Source: a virus
Lineage: Duplodnaviria > Heunggongvirae > Uroviricota > Caudoviricetes
IMG/VR virus record: IMGVR_UViG_2541047912_000004
Coordinates: 1-44,088 of that record
DNA length: 44,088 bases
Strand: one strand, 5' to 3'
The position numbers and the translations under genes are program-made. Of this stretch, positions 38,713 to 44,088 are shown piece by piece. How positions within the stretch are numbered: position 1 is the stretch's first letter; the number at the start of each line of letters is the position of its first letter. The notes under the pieces are model-generated. The model searched no databases, was not told the origin of the DNA, and saw only the letters and a list, made by a program, of their open reading frames with translations.

Positions 38713-39555
38713 ATGACAACTTTCACCGACAAAGAACTGATTAAAGAAATCAAAGAACGAATCAGCAGCCTAGAGGTTCGAGACGATATTGAGCGCCGTG
38801 CTTATGAAATTGCTCTGGCATCGCTGGAAGCAGAGCCTGTTCTGTATCAGTCCTGCACTCGCCCCACCTGGAATAGCGGTGTTCCGTGGACGGAATGGAA
38901 AGAACGAAGTCGTGAGTGCTACGAAGACGATTTGCGTTTTACAGACACGCCTGACCATGCCGGTTGGATATACAAATGTCGAAAACTATACACCACTCCG
39001 CCAGCGCCGATAGCGTTAGAGGCCATTGAAAACGCAATTGAATACATTCGTAGTATCGCTTTTCACATCGATGAAGACGATTACCACGGCAAACATATTG
39101 CGTATTTCATGCGACAAGCATTGGCCTGGCTGGAAGGGCATTCATGCAGCGACGACAGACTGGGTAAAGCCGACAATCAACCAGTACGCGGCAACCAGGC
39201 TGCCGAATCCAATCGCGGTAATGAGTGGACCGGCAATCCTGATATTGATAACGCAATCATCATGCTCGACCGCATAGATACGGCGGAAAGTTACGATGAT
39301 GACCGTATTGAGGCTGTTAAGGCTGTTTTGCGTAGACTGGCAGGCAACTCTCCGGTAACTCCGGATGGTTGGATAAGCTGTAGTGAGCGAATGCCCCCTC
39401 AAGATGATTGGATTTTAATTTATTCAAAGCACGGCGAGTATATGGCAGGACAGGTACAAGGGGAATACGTGGAGTTGAGCGACGGCACTTTATCGTGGTT
39501 AGGGAACGCCTTGTTCTGGATGCCGCTACCAGAACCGCCGCAGGAGGCGAAATGA
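38713..39555 (+). CDS. Hypothetical protein with a DUF551-like C-terminal domain
   Basis: 280 aa; the C-terminal segment (DGWISCSERMPPQDDWILIY..EY..G.......W..LPEPP) resembles the DUF551 phage domain. Confidence 0.5.
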   Translation: MTTFTDKELIKEIKERISSLEVRDDIERRAYEIALASLEAEPVLYQSCTRPTWNSGVPWTEWKERSRECYEDDLRFTDTPDHAGWIYKCRKLYTTPPAPIALEAIENAIEYIRSIAFHIDEDDYHGKHIAYFMRQALAWLEGHSCSDDRLGKADNQPVRGNQAAESNRGNEWTGNPDIDNAIIMLDRIDTAESYDDDRIEAVKAVLRRLAGNSPVTPDGWISCSERMPPQDDWILIYSKHGEYMAGQVQGEYVELSDGTLSWLGNALFWMPLPEPPQEAK

Positions 39556-39812
39556 TGGATGTAAAAGAGAAGGTTTTGCAGGTGATGCGTTCCCGGGCTG
39601 CCCTGCAAGATAAAGCTCTCGGCGGGGAATATCCATTCAGGATGGCAACCTGGAATTTGCGGTTGGCAATGGAGAAGGAATTTCCTGATGAAGAATGGCG
39701 TTCGGCAGATTTGCGCAAAATTCTTATGGAGATGGCTAAAGACGGAACAGTATCTAAAGATAACCATGCCAGCCGGATTGGTCAGGCGGTATGGAGACTG
39801 GAGGTGCGGTAA
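39552..39812 (+). CDS. Hypothetical protein (86 aa)
   Basis: Start at ATGATG 39552 preceded by CAGGAGG, overlapping the upstream stop; the track ORF is over-extended upstream. Confidence 0.45.
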   Translation: MMDVKEKVLQVMRSRAALQDKALGGEYPFRMATWNLRLAMEKEFPDEEWRSADLRKILMEMAKDGTVSKDNHASRIGQAVWRLEVR

Positions 39813-39889
39813 TGGCTAACCTGCAACTTGCCGTCAAAGGTGAATAACAATCCTCGCACTCGCGGGGATTTCTTTTATATGGGGATAAT

Positions 39890-40690
39890 ATGACCATCCA
39901 CTTTCACGGCAGCCCAATATGGGGGGATGAGCATGCCCCTACAGATATGCTGATTAAAGCCCTTTACCGTGATGGTGGGGCTTTTGTTTCATTTGCCAGA
40001 CCAGAGCAGATGAAAAAGATTGCCATGTTCCCTTGTGATATACGCCTTGATAACGGCGCTTTTAGCGACTGGATGAAAGCATTAAAGAAAGGCACTCCGG
40101 TAGACTGGAGTAAGAGACGAGCAAAATTCTACGACTTTGTTGGGAAGTGGTTCAGCAGAATTGAATGGTTTCTTATACCTGACGTTATCGAAGGGACAGA
40201 GGCAGAAAACGACGAGCAGATTGAGTTGGTTCCTGATTGGCTAAAATCAAAAGCGGTTCCGGTCTGGCATACCGACGAATCAATTGAACGTCTTTTACGC
40301 CTTTCTAGCAAATTTGAATGGGTGGCGATTGGATGCTGCGGCCCACACAGGCACATACGCTCTAAATGGTGGGAACAGAGAATGGATGAAGTTTTCACTG
40401 AGCTTTATATCAATCGTAATTTGAAAGTGAAAATTCATGGTCTTCGAATGCTCGACGTGAGAGTTCTTGGTATGTATCCGTTCGCCAGTGCGGATTCTAC
40501 TAATGTTGCTGTTAACGTACCGAAGACAGAGAAGCGATTTCCTGAGATTACCGACAAACTGGCACGTACAGCTGTACTTCGCGCAGCTATTGAAAAGGTG
40601 CACCCACCATCGATATCAGCATGGGTAGACAGAAAGATGAGAGAGCCGGCGCAAGCCGGTTTTTTATTTGAATTCACCGACGCCGCTTAA
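39890..40690 (+). CDS. Hypothetical protein (266 aa); weak TGT-fold-like motifs, function unknown
   Basis: Last sizeable gene of the early-left operon before xis. Contains RLDNGAF and WVAIGCCGP segments that loosely resemble tRNA-guanine transglycosylase motifs (see findings). Followed by a terminator. Confidence 0.55.
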   Translation: MTIHFHGSPIWGDEHAPTDMLIKALYRDGGAFVSFARPEQMKKIAMFPCDIRLDNGAFSDWMKALKKGTPVDWSKRRAKFYDFVGKWFSRIEWFLIPDVIEGTEAENDEQIELVPDWLKSKAVPVWHTDESIERLLRLSSKFEWVAIGCCGPHRHIRSKWWEQRMDEVFTELYINRNLKVKIHGLRMLDVRVLGMYPFASADSTNVAVNVPKTEKRFPEITDKLARTAVLRAAIEKVHPPSISAWVDRKMREPAQAGFLFEFTDAA

Positions 40691-40710
40691 TGCGGATTTC
40701 TTTTATCTGA

Positions 40711-40734
40711 ACTCGCTACGGCGAGTTTTGTTTT
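40711..40734 (+). terminator. Rho-independent terminator
   Basis: ACTCGC-TACG-GCGAGT hairpin followed by TTTGTTTT. Confidence 0.55.
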
Positions 40735-40747
40735 ATGGAGATGATAA

Positions 40748-40915
40748 ATGCACTTCCGAGTCACAGGTGAATGGAATGGAGAGCCATTCAACAGAGTTAT
40801 CGAAGCAGAGAACATCAACGACTGCTATGACCACTGGATGCTGTGGGCGCAGATAGCACATGCAGACGTAACCAATATTCGAATTGAAGAACTGAAAGAA
40901 CACCAAGCCGCCTGA
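40748..40915 (+). CDS. Small hypothetical protein (55 aa)
   Basis: Hand-translated: MHFRVTGEWNGEPFNRVIEAENINDCYDHWMLWAQIAHADVTNIRIEELKEHQAA. GGAG Shine-Dalgarno; followed by a CCGCC-TGAT-GGCGG-TTTTTT terminator (about 40907..40927). Confidence 0.4.
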   Translation: MHFRVTGEWNGEPFNRVIEAENINDCYDHWMLWAQIAHADVTNIRIEELKEHQAA

Positions 40916-40941
40916 TGGCGGTTTTTTATTGGAGACAAGAA

Positions 40942-41094
40942 ATGTCAGATTTGGCTATGAAGGTTTTGAAATGGCAATCAACTGGCGATGTCGGCATCAG
41001 TAGCGCAACTCTTGCCTCAATCGCATGTGGCCTGAAAAAGAATATCTATGGTCATCACTTCGGCGCTCCCCATGACGCAGCAGACTTTCGGTGA
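40942..41094 (+). CDS. Small hypothetical protein (50 aa)
   Basis: Hand-translated: MSDLAMKVLKWQSTGDVGISSATLASIACGLKKNIYGHHFGAPHDAADFR. GGAG Shine-Dalgarno. Confidence 0.35.
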   Translation: MSDLAMKVLKWQSTGDVGISSATLASIACGLKKNIYGHHFGAPHDAADFR

Positions 41095-41355
41095 TGCATT
41101 GCACTTGTTGAGCAGATTCCAGAAATCAGAGATTCATTCAACAAGGTTGCAAAGCGCGTTCCGGCATTCAAAGGAATCCTCAACGAATGGGATTCCCTCG
41201 TTGCTCTGTTGAAGTCTGAAATGAAGATACACGGAAACAAAGCACCAGAGACTTACAGAAGAATCAGCGAGCTACGCAAGGACTACCCATGAAATAACAC
41301 CGCCTCACACTCGGTGAGGCCTGTTCATTGCTCAATGATATCCAGACCTACCATC

Positions 41356-41379
41356 GCCGCATCAATGCGGCTTTTTCTT
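41356..41379 (+). terminator. Rho-independent terminator-like hairpin just upstream of xis
   Basis: GCCGCA-TCAA-TGCGGC hairpin followed by TTTTTCTT. Confidence 0.5.
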
Positions 41380-41403
41380 GCGTGTAATTGCGGAGACTTT
41401 GCG

Positions 41404-41622
41404 ATGTACTTGACACTTCAGGAGTGGAACGCTCGCCAGCGACGCCCAAGAAGCCTTGAAACAGTTCGTCGATGGGTACGCGAGTGCAGGATATTCCCTC
41501 CTCCGGTTAAGGATGGAAGAGAGTATCTGTTCCACGAATCAGCGGTAAAGGTTGACTTAAATCGACCAGTAACAGGTAGCCTTTTGAAGAGGATCAGAAA
41601 TGGGAAGAAGGCGAAGTCATGA
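41404..41622 (+). CDS. xis: Excisionase Xis (lambda-type)
   Basis: The 72-aa product MYLTLQEWNARQRRPRSLETVRRWVRECRIFPPPVKDGREYLFHESAVKVDLNRP.. is essentially lambda Xis. Start at the internal ATG 41404; the track ORF is over-extended. Confidence 0.9.
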   Translation: MYLTLQEWNARQRRPRSLETVRRWVRECRIFPPPVKDGREYLFHESAVKVDLNRPVTGSLLKRIRNGKKAKS

Positions 41623-42670
41623 GCGCCGGGATTTACCCCCTAACCTTTATATAAGAAACAATGGATATTACTGCTACAGGGACCCAAGGACGGGTAAAGA
41701 GTTTGGATTAGGCCGAGACAGGAGGATAGCAATCACTGAAGCTATACAGGCCAACATGGAGTTATTTTCAGGACACAAGCACAAGCCTCTGACAGCGAGA
41801 ATCAACAGTGATAATTCTGTTACGTTACATTCATGGCTTGATCGCTACGAAAAAATCCTGGCCAGCAGAGGAATCAAGCAGAAGACACTCATAAATTACA
41901 TGAGCAAAATTAAAGCAATAAGGAGGGGTCTGCCTGATGCTCCACTTGAAGACATCACCACAAAAGAAATTGCGGCAATGCTCAATGGATACATAGACGA
42001 GGGCAAGGCGGCGTCAGCCAAGTTAATCAGATCAACACTGAGCGATGCATTCCGAGAGGCAATAGCTGAAGGCCATATAACAACAAACCCTGTCGCTGCC
42101 ACTCGCGCAGCAAAATCAGAGGTAAGGAGATCAAGACTTACGGCTGACGAATACCTGAAAATTTATCAAGCAGCAGAATCATCACCATGTTGGCTCAGAC
42201 TTGCAATGGAACTGGCTGTTGTTACCGGGCAGCGAGTTGGTGATTTATGCGAAATGAAGTGGTCTGATATCGTAGATGGATATCTTTATGTCGAGCAAAG
42301 CAAAACAGGCGTAAAAATTGCCATCCCAACAGCATTGCATGTTGATGCTCTCGGGATATCAATGAAGGAAACACTTGATAAATGCAAAGAGATTCTTGGT
42401 GGAAAAACCATAATTGCATCTACTCGTCGCGAACCGCTTTCATCCGGTACAGTATCAAGGTATTTTATGCGCGCACGAAAAGCATCAGGTCTTTCCTTCG
42501 AAGGGGATCCGCCTACCTTTCACGAGTTGCGCAGTTTGTCTGCAAGACTCTATGAGAAGCAGATAAGCGATAAGTTTGCTCAACATCTTCTCGGGCATAA
42601 GTCGGACACCATGGCATCACAGTATCGTGATGACAGAGGCAGGGAGTGGGACAAAATTGAAATCAAATAA
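41600..42670 (+). CDS. int: Integrase Int (lambda-type tyrosine recombinase)
   Basis: The 356-aa sequence (MGRRRSHERRDLPPNLYIRNNGYYCYRDPRTGKEFGLGRDRRIAITEAIQAN.., catalytic region HELRSLSARLY..GHKSDTMASQYRDD) is essentially lambda Int. Overlaps the end of xis as in lambda. Confidence 0.95.
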   Translation: MGRRRSHERRDLPPNLYIRNNGYYCYRDPRTGKEFGLGRDRRIAITEAIQANMELFSGHKHKPLTARINSDNSVTLHSWLDRYEKILASRGIKQKTLINYMSKIKAIRRGLPDAPLEDITTKEIAAMLNGYIDEGKAASAKLIRSTLSDAFREAIAEGHITTNPVAATRAAKSEVRRSRLTADEYLKIYQAAESSPCWLRLAMELAVVTGQRVGDLCEMKWSDIVDGYLYVEQSKTGVKIAIPTALHVDALGISMKETLDKCKEILGGKTIIASTRREPLSSGTVSRYFMRARKASGLSFEGDPPTFHELRSLSARLYEKQISDKFAQHLLGHKSDTMASQYRDDRGREWDKIEIK

Positions 42671-42743
42671 TGATTTTATTTTGACTGATAGTGACCTGTT
42701 CGTTGCAACAAATTGATAAGCAATGCTTTTTTATAATGCCTAC

Positions 42744-42758
42744 TTAGTATAAAAAAGC
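42744..42758. other. attL: Prophage attachment junction, lambda core copy 2 (phage P' arm on the left, bacterial B arm on the right)
   Basis: TTAGTATAAAAAAGC is the exact reverse complement of the lambda core GCTTTTTTATACTAA. The left flank (42680..42743) resembles the lambda P' arm; the right flank aggcttcaacgg is the complement of the attB arm CCGTTGAAGCCT. Confidence 0.85.
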
Positions 42759-42804
42759 AGGCTTCAACGGATTCATTTTTCTATTTCATAGCCCGGAGCA
42801 ACCT

Positions 42805-44088
42805 GTGAACACATTTTCAGTTTCCCGTCTGGCGCTGGCATTGGCTTTTGGCGTGACGCTGACCGCCTGTAGCTCAACACCGCCCGATCAACGTCCTTCT
42901 GATCAAACCGCGCCTGGTACCTCTTCTCGCCCGATTCTGTCGGCAAAAGAAGCGCAGAATTTCGATGCTCAACACTATTTTGCATCCCTGACACCAGGTG
43001 CGGCAGCATGGAATCCTTCCCCGATTACCCTGCCTGCGCAACCTGACTTTGTTGTCGGCCCGGCGGGTACTCAAGGTGTAACGCATACCACGATTCAGGC
43101 GGCGGTAGATGCGGCAATTATCAAGCGTACCAACAAGCGCCAGTATATTGCCGTGATGCCTGGTGAGTATCAGGGAACGGTGTATGTCCCTGCCGCTCCG
43201 GGTGGAATTACTCTGTACGGTACAGGTGAAAAACCGATTGATGTGAAGATTGGGCTTTCCCTTGATGGTGGCATGAGCCCTGCCGACTGGCGTCACGACG
43301 TCAACCCGCGCGGCAAATATATGCCAGGTAAACCGGCGTGGTATATGTACGATAGCTGCCAGAGTAAACGCAGCGACAGTATCGGTGTTCTCTGCTCTGC
43401 GGTCTTCTGGTCACAAAACAATGGCCTGCAACTGCAAAACCTGACCATCGAAAACACGCTGGGCGATAGCGTAGATGCGGGTAACCATCCGGCGGTGGCA
43501 CTGCGTACTGATGGCGACAAAGTGCAGATCAATAACGTCAACATTCTCGGTCGTCAGAACACCTTCTTTGTCACCAACAGCGGTGTGCAGAACCGTCTGG
43601 AAACGAATCGTCAGCCGCGTACGCTGGTGACCAACAGCTATATTGAAGGGGATGTGGATATCGTTTCTGGTCGCGGCGCAGTGGTGTTCGATAACACCGA
43701 ATTCCGCGTGGTGAACTCCCGTACCCAGCAAGAAGCGTATGTGTTTGCACCGGCTACGCTGTCCAACATTTACTACGGTTTCCTCGCCGTAAACAGCCGT
43801 TTCAATGCTTCCGGTGATGGCGTGGCGCAACTGGGCCGCTCGCTGGATGTTGATGCCAATACCAACGGTCAGGTAGTGATCCGTGATAGCGCCATCAACG
43901 AAGGTTTTAACACAGCCAAACCGTGGGCTGATGCGGTGATCTCTAATCGTCCGTTTGCGGGTAACACCGGCAGCGTTGATGATAACGACGAAGTACAGCG
44001 CAATCTGAATGACACTAACTACAACCGCATGTGGGAATACAATAACCGCGGCGTGGGTAGCAAAGTGGTTGCAGAGGCGAAGAAGTAG
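42805..44088 (+). CDS. ybhC: YbhC-like outer-membrane lipoprotein (pectinesterase-fold acyl-CoA thioesterase family), host gene
   Basis: 427 aa with a lipoprotein signal peptide and lipobox (LALAFGVTLTACSS) and a long beta-helix-like repeat-rich body. Position next to the att site matches ybhC. Confidence 0.85.
   Translation: MNTFSVSRLALALAFGVTLTACSSTPPDQRPSDQTAPGTSSRPILSAKEAQNFDAQHYFASLTPGAAAWNPSPITLPAQPDFVVGPAGTQGVTHTTIQAAVDAAIIKRTNKRQYIAVMPGEYQGTVYVPAAPGGITLYGTGEKPIDVKIGLSLDGGMSPADWRHDVNPRGKYMPGKPAWYMYDSCQSKRSDSIGVLCSAVFWSQNNGLQLQNLTIENTLGDSVDAGNHPAVALRTDGDKVQINNVNILGRQNTFFVTNSGVQNRLETNRQPRTLVTNSYIEGDVDIVSGRGAVVFDNTEFRVVNSRTQQEAYVFAPATLSNIYYGFLAVNSRFNASGDGVAQLGRSLDVDANTNGQVVIRDSAINEGFNTAKPWADAVISNRPFAGNTGSVDDNDEVQRNLNDTNYNRMWEYNNRGVGSKVVAEAKK

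Larger units (their letters stand above)
1807..42758. mobile_element. Complete mosaic lambdoid prophage (P22-like virion genes, lambda-type int/xis, Q-lysis and nin region, P22-type immunity) inserted at the lambda att site
   Basis: Bounded by direct 15-bp lambda core repeats at 1807..1821 and 42744..42758. Full complement of integration, regulation, replication, lysis and morphogenesis genes with no obvious frameshifts. Confidence 0.9.

Noticed and set aside
39408-39551. Upstream extension of the 39552..39812 gene in the ORF track
   Set aside because: The extension overlaps the end of the preceding gene in another frame; the ATGATG at 39552 with a CAGGAGG Shine-Dalgarno is the more plausible start.

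Overview
The window holds one complete, apparently intact mosaic lambdoid prophage of about 41 kb (1807..42758), inserted at the phage lambda attachment site between the host genes ybhB (1240..1716) and ybhC (42805..44088). The prophage is bounded by two direct copies of the lambda 15-bp core (TTAGTATAAAAAAG[T/C]) and encodes lambda-type Xis and Int. Its virion module is P22-like (terminase, portal, scaffold, coat, tail accessory proteins, tail needle, ejection proteins, Mnt, tailspike), its immunity region is P22-type (c2, cro, three 18-bp operators) and its Q-lysis cassette and nin region are lambda-like. Outside the prophage, at the left edge, is a solo IS200/IS605-family tnpB with no tnpA. 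The most interesting parts are accessory loci embedded in the prophage: an AT-rich three-gene island immediately downstream of N (two unknown proteins plus an HNH-AP2 endonuclease), a T5orf172-like moron after the lysis genes, an AT-rich acyltransferase convergent with a tailspike whose receptor-binding half is also AT-rich, an Mnt repressor with no adjacent arc/ant, a RecT recombinase with no recognisable exonuclease partner, and a 266-aa protein at the distal end of the early-left operon with weak resemblance to tRNA-guanine transglycosylase motifs. All protein identifications rest on reading the translations against remembered lambda, P22 and Sf6 proteins and motifs; no database search was run. 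Start codons were refined by eye where the ORF track over-extends.
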